From Gammaproteobacteria bacterium (GTDB lineage Bacteria; Pseudomonadota; Gammaproteobacteria; UBA4575), in contig CBDCTA010000022.1 in assembly GCA_965221955.1 (NCBI GenBank), forward strand, positions 256,001-320,000: a stretch of 64,000 nt of DNA, given 5' to 3'. Numbering within the stretch: the stretch's first letter is position 1; each line of letters opens with the position of its first letter. Below, piece after piece: positions 9,041 to 18,681 of this stretch. The translations under genes were made by a program, and so were the position numbers. The notes below the pieces were generated by a model. That model saw only the letters and a list, made by a program, of their open reading frames with translations, did not search any database and had not been told where the DNA came from.

Positions 9041-9703
9041 ATTTAGATGACCAGTTTTCACAAATATCACGCAGCCCTCTTTCGTAAATGGAGTGTGAAA
9101 ACTATTAGGCGGGTTTCTGATCCAGGTACCTTGCGGATAACGACCAAACTCGTCTTCAAAAGTACCCTCTAATACAAAGATTTCTTCTCCACCAATATGT
9201 TGGTGCGGCTGGAAAATTGTATTCGCTTCCCACCTCACCAACGCGGTATGTTCATGAATATGTTCATGCAATGGCATCACACTTAATCCTGGCACTAAAC
9301 CAGGTAACCAAGCTTGTTGTTTCGTTTGTAAACAGAACTGCTTGACATCACTTTTTTGAAACTGTTGTAGCTTTACAAAAATCGTACAACCATCTTCACT
9401 AAAAGGAGAATGAGATGTGCCAGCAGGATTGCGCAAATAACTTCCGGCTTCGTAACTGCCATGATTATCAGAGAATGTGCCCTCCAGTACAAAAATTTCT
9501 TCACCATGCACATGACAGTGAGGCCGAAATGCACTGCCAGCTTGATACCGTACAACTGTGGTCACAGGTTCAGGATTTGCATCGATTCTCTCTAAGCGCT
9601 TACGCAACACTCCATCTGCTTCTGAAGTTTCCCACTGCATATTTGCAGTTTCCACCACTACGCGTTGACTATGATCTGCATTGAGTTCTTGTATGGTTTC
9701 CAT
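9029..9703 (-). CDS. ChrR-like tandem cupin-domain protein
   Basis: Two repeats of F.PH.H..GEEIFVLEGTF.D..G.Y..G...RNP....H.PF...GC.IFVK. Confidence 0.9.
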   Translation of the reverse strand: METIQELNADHSQRVVVETANMQWETSEADGVLRKRLERIDANPEPVTTVVRYQAGSAFRPHCHVHGEEIFVLEGTFSDNHGSYEAGSYLRNPAGTSHSPFSEDGCTIFVKLQQFQKSDVKQFCLQTKQQAWLPGLVPGLSVMPLHEHIHEHTALVRWEANTIFQPHQHIGGEEIFVLEGTFEDEFGRYPQGTWIRNPPNSFHTPFTKEGCVIFVKTGHLNLGN

Positions 9704-9756
9704 TTCGAGTTGTTTTGATGTTCTAATATATACAAATTATTTATTGTACTTCTACC

Positions 9757-10239
9757 ATGCAGTTTAGTGAAAATAAGATACTATTGTTACTACTACTTGC
9801 TGTTGCAGGACTGTTGCTCACTATAGGTCTTGTCGCACCAATTATCACTTTTAAAAAGTTTATCTTTATTCAGAATACTTTTTCAATTTTAACAGCTTGT
9901 TGGAACCTACTTAAGCAAGGTCAGGTATTTTTATTTGTAGTCATTGCCTTGTTTAGCGTCCTCCTACCGATTCTAAAATTAGCTTTGCTCACTAAACTGG
10001 TGTTAAGTGCATCCATCATCAATTCAAATATAGAAAAATTGCTTGGTTGGATACATCGTTTTGGAAGATGGTCAATGTTAGATGTTTTTGTGGTTGCAAT
10101 TTTAGTTGTGGTGGTGAAACTCGGTGCGATTGGTAACGTCGAAAAACATATTGGATTATACGCTTATGCAGGTGCTGCTATTTTAATTATGCTACTCACA
10201 CATAAAATAGTTGCACAACTTGAAAAACAACAGCATTAA
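9757..10239 (+). CDS. Paraquat-inducible protein A (PqiA)-domain membrane protein, stand-alone
   Basis: FSVLLPILK and GRWSMLDVFVVAILVVVVKLG PqiA signature. Confidence 0.85.
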   Translation: MQFSENKILLLLLLAVAGLLLTIGLVAPIITFKKFIFIQNTFSILTACWNLLKQGQVFLFVVIALFSVLLPILKLALLTKLVLSASIINSNIEKLLGWIHRFGRWSMLDVFVVAILVVVVKLGAIGNVEKHIGLYAYAGAAILIMLLTHKIVAQLEKQQH

Positions 10240-11042
10240 CCCGTCTTTCTAAACGGTTGTAGTAGCAATCGATCCAACCAAAGCTCACGTTGCTCACGAA
10301 AACTTTCGATGCCAATTGTCATACCTAAGTGCCCTTCTTTAGGTTGGGCGCGATAGGTTTTAAACATGTAGTCCCACTATGGTAGATTGAAACCAAAATT
10401 ACTATCAGTTTCTTTGCGTATAATTGAATGATGCACACGATGCATATCTGGCGTCACTATAAATAACCTCAACATCGAATCGATGGATTTTGGTATGCGT
10501 ATATTTGCATGATTAAATACCGAGGTTGCATTTAACAATATCTCAAACACTAACACAGCCATAGCTGGTGCACCGATGGCCACGATCACTAACATTTTTA
10601 TCACTAGTGATAAAACGATTTCCACTGGATGAAAACGAATAGCGGTTGTCACATCAAATTCTAAATCAGCATGATGCATGCGATGCAAATGCCATAAGAA
10701 ATCAACTTTATGAAAAATGACATGCTGTATGTAAATTGCAAGATCAAGCAAGAGCACTGCAATGATAATTGCCGCCACTTCAGGTAGCTCAATTACATTT
10801 AACAACCCTAAACCTGAATTTTGTGCATATACGGCCACAAATATTGCCGTGATCGGAATCAGCAGCCTTGTAACCAGCACATTGATGGTGCTAATCGATA
10901 GATTATTTAGCCAGCGTAAGCCTTTTGAATAATGTTGTTCACGGCGAGGAGCAATGATTTCCCAAATTGCGAAAACGACAAATACAGCTAAAAAAATACT
11001 CAGTCGAATAACAGCTTCATCGTGAAATAGAGAATCTAGCAT
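10236..11042 (-). pseudogene. Sterol desaturase/fatty-acid hydroxylase family protein with one in-frame TAG (10377-10379)
   Basis: His boxes HVIFH, HRMHH, HRVHH. After FGFNLP the codon is TAG where Trp (TGG) is expected, and the frame continues WDYMFKTYRAQPKEGHLGMTIGIESFREQRELWLDRLLLQPFRKTG to TAA at 10236. Confidence 0.85.
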
Positions 11043-11419
11043 TGCAACACTCTTTAAGGCTGAACACCGTATTCCAAACTAACTGTCAATGCTATTTAGA
11101 AAATTGGATAAGCTGATATAAATCAAACAATAACCGTTACGCTTATTGGGGCGCCTTCCATGGCTTGGGGACTTCCTTATGTATATAGTAAGACTCAGCT
11201 AACGCAAATTAGTTCTATCTATTCATATGTAACGTGTAAAAACTTCGACACATTTTCGATATGCAGTTGCTGATAATTTTAGGCTCTTACAACCCTAATT
11301 TGTTGCACATGGTTGTTTACAAAACTTTTCAATTACCGCTACTAGATACCGGAATAATTTCGTACTAAATATAAGGTTTTAAGCCCTTATTTAGACAACT
11401 CCCCCAGCTAATACCTCTT

Positions 11420-11448
11420 GGAACTAAGTCAAGCTAGTAAATGTCATA
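11420..11448 (+). promoter_or_regulatory. Candidate RpoE/ECF-type promoter upstream of the 11568-22151 operon
   Basis: GGAACT (11420-11425), 17-nt spacer, GTCATA (11443-11448), about 120 nt before the first ATG; motif match only. Confidence 0.35.
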
Positions 11449-11567
11449 GAGTTACAGTGTTTTTCACCTAGATTTTCTCAATTGCAGTATAGTAACCACT
11501 GTAGTTTTCATAGATATTTTAGGTTAATTCATTTTACACAGGGGCTTAGTGCGATAGGCGTATCGAT

Positions 11568-12350
11568 ATGAATGTTGTCGCTAATTTATTGCTTGTTCTA
11601 TTGTTATGTACTTTTGTCGGCGCATGCAGCTCATCCTCTTCAAGCAGTATGCCTTCTATTCCTACCCCTAGTTCCCAATCTGAGTCTGAATCCAGTTCAT
11701 CATCTGCCGAAAACACTAGCGAACAAAAACAAACAAGTAAAAATAGTCAAGCTTCTGAAGAATCTTCGACTGAAAATGAACAACATGCAGCAACAGATGA
11801 TCAAAGCGAACCGTCCCAAGAAGGTGCACAAACAGATGAAGAAAAAGTTGCTATGTTAGATGCGCAGCTTGAAGAAAAACTTCGAAAGTATGATGAGCAA
11901 TTGCATAAAGAACTTGAAAAAGCTGAAGCACAAAAACAAGCACAAGCACGAGAACGTGAAGCAAAAGAAGCTGCTGAAGCAGGTATAGAGGAAGAAGACG
12001 AATTTGCAGAAGGGGATGAAGCAGAAAATAATGAAGAAGGTGCCTCTGAAGATGAACAGATGGCTAAAGCAGATTCACAACAAACTCCTCAAGGCAGTAA
12101 AACCCAACAAGCTGAAAATGAAAACAACTCAAGCAAAGGAGACAATGGCAAAGGCAGTAAAGGTTCCGCACCAAAAAATATCCCTAGTGGTAACGATGAC
12201 GATGTAGTTGCAAGACAATTACGCGAAGCTGCAGAAAACGAACAAGACCCTGAGCTACGTGAAAAACTTTGGGAGGAATATCGAAAATATAAAAAACAAC
12301 AGGCTAGTGCAAGCGCTCAACCGCCCAGTGCTGTGAATCAAACACAGTAA
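11568..12350 (+). CDS. Lipoprotein with long acidic/low-complexity linker and short C-terminal helical domain
   Basis: Lipobox VGAC, poly-Ser then Glu/Gln-rich region, central coiled coil, C-terminal IPSGNDDDVVARQLREAAENEQDPELREKLWEEYRKYK. Confidence 0.8.
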   Translation: MNVVANLLLVLLLCTFVGACSSSSSSSMPSIPTPSSQSESESSSSSAENTSEQKQTSKNSQASEESSTENEQHAATDDQSEPSQEGAQTDEEKVAMLDAQLEEKLRKYDEQLHKELEKAEAQKQAQAREREAKEAAEAGIEEEDEFAEGDEAENNEEGASEDEQMAKADSQQTPQGSKTQQAENENNSSKGDNGKGSKGSAPKNIPSGNDDDVVARQLREAAENEQDPELREKLWEEYRKYKKQQASASAQPPSAVNQTQ

Positions 12351-12375
12351 CTTTTAATAATAAAAACACAAGATC

Positions 12376-13560
12376 ATGAAAAAATATAAGTACATAACGG
12401 CCTTTTTTATTTTTCTATTTGCATTCATGTTTAGTGGCTGTTCAACTACTGCCGTTAAGGTCACAGATGCAGAAGAAATCGAAGCTGAAACTGCTCAACT
12501 ACAAGACAGCAGTCTGCTAGATGTAGGGATATTGCTGTTTGAAAAAGGCGAGATAACAGAAAAACAAAAAGAACAAGAAGGCGTGCATGACGATATTCGT
12601 CAGGCCGAAGCACGCTACATGGCCTATCACTTAAAAGAAACCATGCAACGCTCGAATGGCTGGGGCGCAATACGCGTTTTACCAGAAAAATCTTATATTG
12701 CAGATGTAGTAGTGGCCGGCAAAATCATGGCTTCAAATGGAGAGGAAATGATAGTCACTATTCATGTAAGTGATAGTACTGGTGAAGATTGGTTTGAAAA
12801 AACATACAAAACTCTTGCTGATGACGAAGCTTATCGCTATTCAAAACCAGGCCGAGATGTCTATCAATATGTTTATAACCGCATTGCCAACGACATTCGC
12901 AAACATCGCAAAAATTTAACTGACAAAGAATTGATCGCGATACGTAATAATTCTGAACTTCGCTATGCAGCAGGAATATCCCCTGACCCTTTTGCAGATT
13001 ACATCAGTTATGATCCGAGTGGGCACAGCAGCATCACGCGTTTACCTGCCAACGACGACCCAATGTTGACGCGCGTACGTAAAGTGCGTGATCGGGAGTT
13101 TTTGTTTATAGACACCATCAACGAGCACTACTCGAATTTTTATGGTGAGATGTGGGAACCGTATGAGAATTGGCGTTACTATTACATGATTGAGGCTGAA
13201 CAACGTCGTGAAATTGAACGGCGTGCCAAACAAACTAAGTTCGTTGCAGCCCTAATCATGATCGCAGGAGTTATGCGTGGTCCAGGATTATTTACTACAG
13301 GTGCACTCCTGTATAAGAACGGCATGGACATCAGCGAACAAGCAGAAATTCATAACGAAGCGATACGTGAACTTGGAGATTCTTTACAAGCAGAAGTAAA
13401 TCCCTTAGTCGTTGAAGTTCAAGGTCGTGCCATTGAGTTAACTGGTTCTATAGAAGAGCAGTATCAACAATGGCGCAAATTATTACGCGAAATCTATATT
13501 AATGAAACAGGTTTTGCTTTAGATGATCATGCTGAAACCAAAGACAGTGCAAAACTGTAA
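12376..13560 (+). CDS. Uncharacterised lipoprotein
   Basis: Signal peptide with lipobox FSGC; 394 aa; glycine-rich hydrophobic hairpin near residue 290. Confidence 0.8.
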   Translation: MKKYKYITAFFIFLFAFMFSGCSTTAVKVTDAEEIEAETAQLQDSSLLDVGILLFEKGEITEKQKEQEGVHDDIRQAEARYMAYHLKETMQRSNGWGAIRVLPEKSYIADVVVAGKIMASNGEEMIVTIHVSDSTGEDWFEKTYKTLADDEAYRYSKPGRDVYQYVYNRIANDIRKHRKNLTDKELIAIRNNSELRYAAGISPDPFADYISYDPSGHSSITRLPANDDPMLTRVRKVRDREFLFIDTINEHYSNFYGEMWEPYENWRYYYMIEAEQRREIERRAKQTKFVAALIMIAGVMRGPGLFTTGALLYKNGMDISEQAEIHNEAIRELGDSLQAEVNPLVVEVQGRAIELTGSIEEQYQQWRKLLREIYINETGFALDDHAETKDSAKL

Positions 13561-13628
13561 TCGTTAGAAGTTAATCTCGCCTTACGTACAAATGTAGGTG
13601 GCAAGGACGCCAATAATTATAAATTGCA

Positions 13629-15152
13629 ATGCATGATAAAGATGCCACTCCAATCGAAGCAATTGATTTTGAGTCACTGCAAACACCCTCCGAGCAGAGC
13701 AATGAATCAAGTCGTAGTGTAAATACCAAACCTATTCTTTGGTTTATTTTTATTTTTCTACTGTTATGCGCAATCCTTGTTTTCGTGTTCTTACCAAAAT
13801 ATGTAGCTGAAAAACGCGCAACGAGCACCCCTAACCCATCTACACAGATTGAATCGCCTGCAGTAGAAGAACTTGCAATTGAAGCTGTTCAAGAACCCGT
13901 CAAAGAATTATCTATAGAAGAACTTAATGCTCTAAAACAAGAAGCTGAAGAACTTTTATTGAAAATTATTGATAGACAAAAACTGTTGGAAAACAAAGCA
14001 GTAAAAAAATGGGCCGCAGATGAATTCAAAATAGCGGAGACATCAGGTTCTGAGGGTGATGAGCATTTCCGTAAAAAAGAATATACGCAATCAATTGCAT
14101 CCTATGAGGATGCTATAACAATATTAAATGATTTAGAAAAACAAATTATTCCAACGCTAGCAAAGCATTTAGAAAAAGGTGAATTGGCATTGGATCAAGC
14201 AGAACAAACAAGCGCTATACACCATTTTGAACTAGCCAAAGCAATAGACGAAGGTAACACGCAGGCTATAAATGGTTTAAAACGCGCAGCGACGATTAAA
14301 GAACTATATGCTTTATTAGATAAAGGTGGAAAAGTTGAATCTGCGAACCGCCTTAGTGAAGCACAAAATATTTATAAGCAGGCTACCGAACTAGATCCTC
14401 TATCTAACGAAGCAAAATTGGCATTGCAAAGAGTGACTGGTCGATTAACACAAATAGAGTTCACTCAGTTAATTAATCAAGGCTACACTTCGCTTAAATT
14501 ACGTCAGTATAGTGACGCTAAAGCCTCATTTACTGCAGCACAAAAATTATTACCCAACTCCGAAAAGCCTAAACAAGGTTTAGCTAAAATACAACAAGCT
14601 CAACACAATGAGAAGCTCTCAGCCTTAAGTGCTGAAGCTCAGCATTTTGAGAAAATCCAAGACTGGGGTAATGCTGTAAAAAGCTATCAGCAAATTTTAA
14701 ACATCACACCAAACCATGCATCAGCACAACAGGGATTGCAACGTAGCCAACAGCGCAAAAAATTGCTTTCGCTTTTAAATGAGCATATTGATAATAAATT
14801 GCGTTTAAGCACAAAAGCCGTTTCAGATAATGCCCAACAACTGCTCAATGAAGCAAGCGCTCTCAATAACCCAGGAAGCAAAATCGAACAAGCTGCATTA
14901 ACACTTAAAGAATTATTATTTTTAGCTAAACAACCTATATCGATTACTTTGCAGTCGGATAATCAAACCGATATCGTAATTTACAAAGTTGGTAAAATTG
15001 GAAAATTCGAGCATCATGAAATTGAACTCAAGCCTGGAAAATATACCATAGTAGGCTCACGCTCGGGTTTTCGTGACGTAAGAAAAGTAATAACAGTGTT
15101 AACAGACATGACAAATAAAACTATCGATGTGCGCTGTGATGAGCCAATTTAA
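13629..15152 (+). CDS. Membrane-anchored TPR-repeat protein with C-terminal beta (PEGA-like) domain
   Basis: Single N-terminal TM, TPR-like repeats (YKQATELDPLSNEA, AQKLLPNSEKP, ILNITPNHASA), C-terminal IELKPGKYTIVGSRSGFRDV. Confidence 0.8.
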   Translation: MHDKDATPIEAIDFESLQTPSEQSNESSRSVNTKPILWFIFIFLLLCAILVFVFLPKYVAEKRATSTPNPSTQIESPAVEELAIEAVQEPVKELSIEELNALKQEAEELLLKIIDRQKLLENKAVKKWAADEFKIAETSGSEGDEHFRKKEYTQSIASYEDAITILNDLEKQIIPTLAKHLEKGELALDQAEQTSAIHHFELAKAIDEGNTQAINGLKRAATIKELYALLDKGGKVESANRLSEAQNIYKQATELDPLSNEAKLALQRVTGRLTQIEFTQLINQGYTSLKLRQYSDAKASFTAAQKLLPNSEKPKQGLAKIQQAQHNEKLSALSAEAQHFEKIQDWGNAVKSYQQILNITPNHASAQQGLQRSQQRKKLLSLLNEHIDNKLRLSTKAVSDNAQQLLNEASALNNPGSKIEQAALTLKELLFLAKQPISITLQSDNQTDIVIYKVGKIGKFEHHEIELKPGKYTIVGSRSGFRDVRKVITVLTDMTNKTIDVRCDEPI

Positions 15153-15187
15153 TAATTTATTCTCTTTATTTTCAGCAATACATAACG

Positions 15188-17602
15188 ATGATTGAGCAAG
15201 TTTGCATTACTGACCATAAGGGCCCTAGGTTTTATACCCATGCAGATTTTCCGTTATCAATTGGTTCCCACCCTAATGCTGATTTAGAGATTTCAGAACA
15301 TGAAGGCTCTGATCCTGCCTTTTTCATCATCATTGTAAATCGCGCATACATTGATACTGAAAATTCTAAAATCAAAGTTCTTCTCAACAATGAACGTGTC
15401 ACTGGTCAAAAAGAAATTCAACACAATGACATTTTAGAAATTGAAGGAATTGCGTTTCATTGTGAACACATAGGTAACACTCTTTCTATTTCTTTATATG
15501 ATGATGATGCTCATCTAGTGAGTCGAAACGAAGCGATTGCTTCAGATGGCGAGTTAATTGAACCCATCGTAATACCCGAACGCACGATAGAAAAAAAATC
15601 AAAAAAACGCTTTAAAGGATTATTATTTTTTGCAGGTCTATTAGTATTTGGCTTACTTGCTATTGTTTTAGGATATATTTTTACAGCTAAAACATTACTA
15701 ATCGAAATTGAACCCACTCCTGATCGCATCGCCTTACATGGAGATATTTGGCCAATTAAGATACGTGACCGTTATTTATTACAACCGGGTAATTATTCTT
15801 TACAGGCAAATAAAGCAGGCTACCGCCCATTACAACAAAAAATTAAAGTAAGTAAACACCAGTCACAGACATTAACTTTTACCCTAGAAAAAAAACCCGG
15901 CTATTTAAATATTAGTAGTCAGCCTGTTGAAAAGGCACGAATCCTGATTAATGGAGAACAAATTGGCAGTACTCCTATTGATACAATAGAACTTGAACCA
16001 GGAAGCTATAGCGTGGAAGCAAGCGCTGAACGTTATCAGCTCTACACGACTCAAGTGGTAATAGAAGGTAAAGAGGTCCAACAACAATTAAACATCAATT
16101 TATTACCTGACTGGCAAGATATCTTGATTGATTCGCAACCTAAGGGGGCTGAAATCTGGCTAAATGGTGAGAAAAAAGGAGTCACGCCTGCGTCATTCGA
16201 ACTGGATAGTGGTCAATATAGTCTTGAATTACGCCACCAAGATTATTTGCCTTATATAAAGGACTTTATTGTCGATGCTAATCAAGTTTTTAAACTTCCT
16301 GTCGCAGAATTATTTACCAGCCCAAGCCATTTGGTTATTACTAGCACACCTTCCAAAGCAAAAGTCGAAATCGCTGGAGAAGAACAAGGCATAACACCTT
16401 TTACTTTGCGTTTGAATCCAAACATAGAACACACCATTACGCTGAGTAAACCCGGGTTTCGAACAAACCAACAAATTGTAGTATTAAAACCTGGAGAACA
16501 ACAAAATATTTCTGCAAACCTAGAAGCAATCCTTGGAACCGTGATACTCAATGTTGAGCCTCATGATGCTGAAGTTTTTATCAACGGCAAATTTATGGGC
16601 AGTGGTAATGTAAAGCTATCTTTACCGAGTGCCAGTCAGCGGCTTGAAATCAGAAAATCTGGTTATCAAGTATATGAAAAAATGATTTCTCCAAACCCTA
16701 GTGCTCCACAAGTTTTAGATGTGAACTTATCGCGCATCACGAGTACTGCAAATTTAAGTAAGCCCAGTACAATACGCACCTCTGAAGGACAAGAGCTGAA
16801 ATTGATCTTCGGTGGTAAATTTTCAATGGGTGCAGCACGGCGCGAACAAGGACGACGTTCCAATGAAACATTACATTCCGTTGAACTGGTTAAGCCGTTC
16901 TATATAAGTGTATATGAGATTACTAACCAACAATTTGCTGCGTTTAAAAATATACACACTTCAGGTTCATATAAAAGTCATGATTTATCCGCCGGCAATT
17001 TACCGGTTAGCAATATAAGTTGGGAAGAGGCAGCGCTTTACTGCAACTGGTTAAGTGATAAAGATGGGCTGGAAAAAGTCTATCATGAAAAAAATGGCGT
17101 ACTTGTTGCCAAGAACCCCGTTCCTTCAGGCTATCGCTTACCCACTGAAAGCGAATGGGAATGGGTCGCACGTATTCAAAATAATAATCAAATCATCCGC
17201 TACGAATGGGGCAATGAGTTTCCTCCTAATAAGGTGACAGGAAATTATGCGGATCAGTCTGCCACCGAAATCTTAGATCCTTTACTTCCTGATTATAACG
17301 ATGGCTTTGTCGTTGCTTCACCCGTTGGTAGTTTTGCCGCGAATTATTTTGGTATTTTTGACATGGGCGGCAATGTAGCGGAATGGTGTCATGACTATCA
17401 CAGCATTTACCCTAGCTTAAGTGATGAAATTTTTACCGACCCTTTAGGTCCAAATAGTGATCAAGCTATTGATAATAAACATGTTATACGCGGTGCTTCA
17501 TGGATGCGTGGTGATTTAAGTAGCACACGTCTAAGTTATCGTGATCGAGATAACACTAATCGTATTGATGTTGGCTTTCGTATCGCCAAGTACATAGACT
17601 AA
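15188..17602 (+). CDS. FHA-like / TM / multiple PEGA / FGE-sulfatase (SUMF1) domain protein
   Basis: N-terminal FHA-like region, TM at about residues 145-166, several PEGA repeats (S.P..A.I..NG...G.TP....L.PG.Y), then SUMF1 motifs YEITNQQF, PVSNISWEEA, YRLPTESEWE, DMGGNVAEW, RGASW, VGFRI. Confidence 0.88.
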   Translation: MIEQVCITDHKGPRFYTHADFPLSIGSHPNADLEISEHEGSDPAFFIIIVNRAYIDTENSKIKVLLNNERVTGQKEIQHNDILEIEGIAFHCEHIGNTLSISLYDDDAHLVSRNEAIASDGELIEPIVIPERTIEKKSKKRFKGLLFFAGLLVFGLLAIVLGYIFTAKTLLIEIEPTPDRIALHGDIWPIKIRDRYLLQPGNYSLQANKAGYRPLQQKIKVSKHQSQTLTFTLEKKPGYLNISSQPVEKARILINGEQIGSTPIDTIELEPGSYSVEASAERYQLYTTQVVIEGKEVQQQLNINLLPDWQDILIDSQPKGAEIWLNGEKKGVTPASFELDSGQYSLELRHQDYLPYIKDFIVDANQVFKLPVAELFTSPSHLVITSTPSKAKVEIAGEEQGITPFTLRLNPNIEHTITLSKPGFRTNQQIVVLKPGEQQNISANLEAILGTVILNVEPHDAEVFINGKFMGSGNVKLSLPSASQRLEIRKSGYQVYEKMISPNPSAPQVLDVNLSRITSTANLSKPSTIRTSEGQELKLIFGGKFSMGAARREQGRRSNETLHSVELVKPFYISVYEITNQQFAAFKNIHTSGSYKSHDLSAGNLPVSNISWEEAALYCNWLSDKDGLEKVYHEKNGVLVAKNPVPSGYRLPTESEWEWVARIQNNNQIIRYEWGNEFPPNKVTGNYADQSATEILDPLLPDYNDGFVVASPVGSFAANYFGIFDMGGNVAEWCHDYHSIYPSLSDEIFTDPLGPNSDQAIDNKHVIRGASWMRGDLSSTRLSYRDRDNTNRIDVGFRIAKYID

Positions 17603-17621
17603 GTATTACAACTTAATATTT

Positions 17622-17867
17622 ATGAAAAATTTAGCAAAATTACTTTTTTACTTCACTATCTTGTACATGTTTTGTCTTGATGTAGGCATTGCTGAAGAAG
17701 ATAACAACAAGCAACCCTCTCAAGAACAAGCTACAAACTCTAGTAAACCGAAACAAACAGTGAATCAAAAAATAGGCAAGCGTGGACAAGTTAAAACACT
17801 TGAAGAATTTGTGCCTTCCGAAGAAGTGTCTGCAGATAAACCAGTCGCTTTTCCTAATGATATTTAA
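17622..17867 (+). CDS. Small exported protein
   Basis: Signal peptide, disordered middle, C-terminal EEFVPSEEVSADKPVAFPNDI; operonic spacing. Confidence 0.75.
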   Translation: MKNLAKLLFYFTILYMFCLDVGIAEEDNNKQPSQEQATNSSKPKQTVNQKIGKRGQVKTLEEFVPSEEVSADKPVAFPNDI

Positions 17868-17872
17868 AAAAC

Positions 17873-18670
17873 ATGAATAAAACTTTTTCATTCGAATTTA
17901 TCTATCAAGTACTCAGCTTGCTGATCATTATCATTATTGTACATGCAGCGTATGTAGCAGTTATTCGCCCAAATGCTGAGGCAGAACTTGAGCAACAAGC
18001 TGAACAAATAAATATTGATAAAGACTATGTTCCAAAAAGATCGATCTATGTGTTGATACGTGACTATGAGCAAGAAGCCTGCTTCATTTTAATGTTTTGG
18101 GCCTTATTCATCATGGCATTTAAAGCTTCAAACTTATTGCGTGAACGTAGTTTGTTAGACAAAGATCTGTTACAAGCTAAGGAAAGTATAAAATTTTTAC
18201 CACAGGATACCCACGAACTTTCGAGACAAATTCAAAACTTATCCAATGAAGAGCAAGGTTATTTATTACCAAGAGTACTTAATGTTGCTTTACACCGTTT
18301 TAGCTCGACAAAAAATATTCAAGACGTGTCCTCTGCAGCGATTAGTGTTTGTGAGTCAGAATCTGAACGATTAGATTCAGAACTTTCTATCATTCGTTAT
18401 ATTACTTGGGCAATTCCTTCGATTGGATTTTTAGGCACAGTGCGTGGAATCGGGGATGCATTGGGTCAAGCACACAAGGCTGTAGAAGGTGATATTGCTG
18501 GGGTTACTGAGAGCTTGGGTGTCGCATTTAATTCTACATTGATTGCATTGTGTATCAGTATTGTATTGATGTTCATTGTGCATCAGTTACAACTATTACA
18601 AGAAAGATTTATTTTAGACACACAAAACTATTGTAATAATAATTTGATCCGTCACTTACAAGTCAGTTAG
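17873..18670 (+). CDS. MotA/TolQ/ExbB proton-channel family protein
   Basis: IRYITWAIPSIGFLGTVRGI and LGVAFNSTLIAL channel helices. Confidence 0.92.
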   Translation: MNKTFSFEFIYQVLSLLIIIIIVHAAYVAVIRPNAEAELEQQAEQINIDKDYVPKRSIYVLIRDYEQEACFILMFWALFIMAFKASNLLRERSLLDKDLLQAKESIKFLPQDTHELSRQIQNLSNEEQGYLLPRVLNVALHRFSSTKNIQDVSSAAISVCESESERLDSELSIIRYITWAIPSIGFLGTVRGIGDALGQAHKAVEGDIAGVTESLGVAFNSTLIALCISIVLMFIVHQLQLLQERFILDTQNYCNNNLIRHLQVS

Positions 18671-18681
18671 CGTGTAATGTC

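Noticed and set aside
10377-10379. Amber recoding (pyrrolysine or alternative code)
   Set aside because: TAG is a normal stop for thiO, gyrB, xth and others here; a single TGG-to-TAG change explains it.
11625-12170. Tandem DNA repeat in the acidic lipoprotein
   Set aside because: Low-complexity Ser/Glu/Gln coding bias without a discrete repeated unit.
17400-17602. Diversity-generating retroelement target (C-terminal FGE/C-lectin fold)
   Set aside because: No template-repeat copy of this region and no reverse transcriptase seen in the window.
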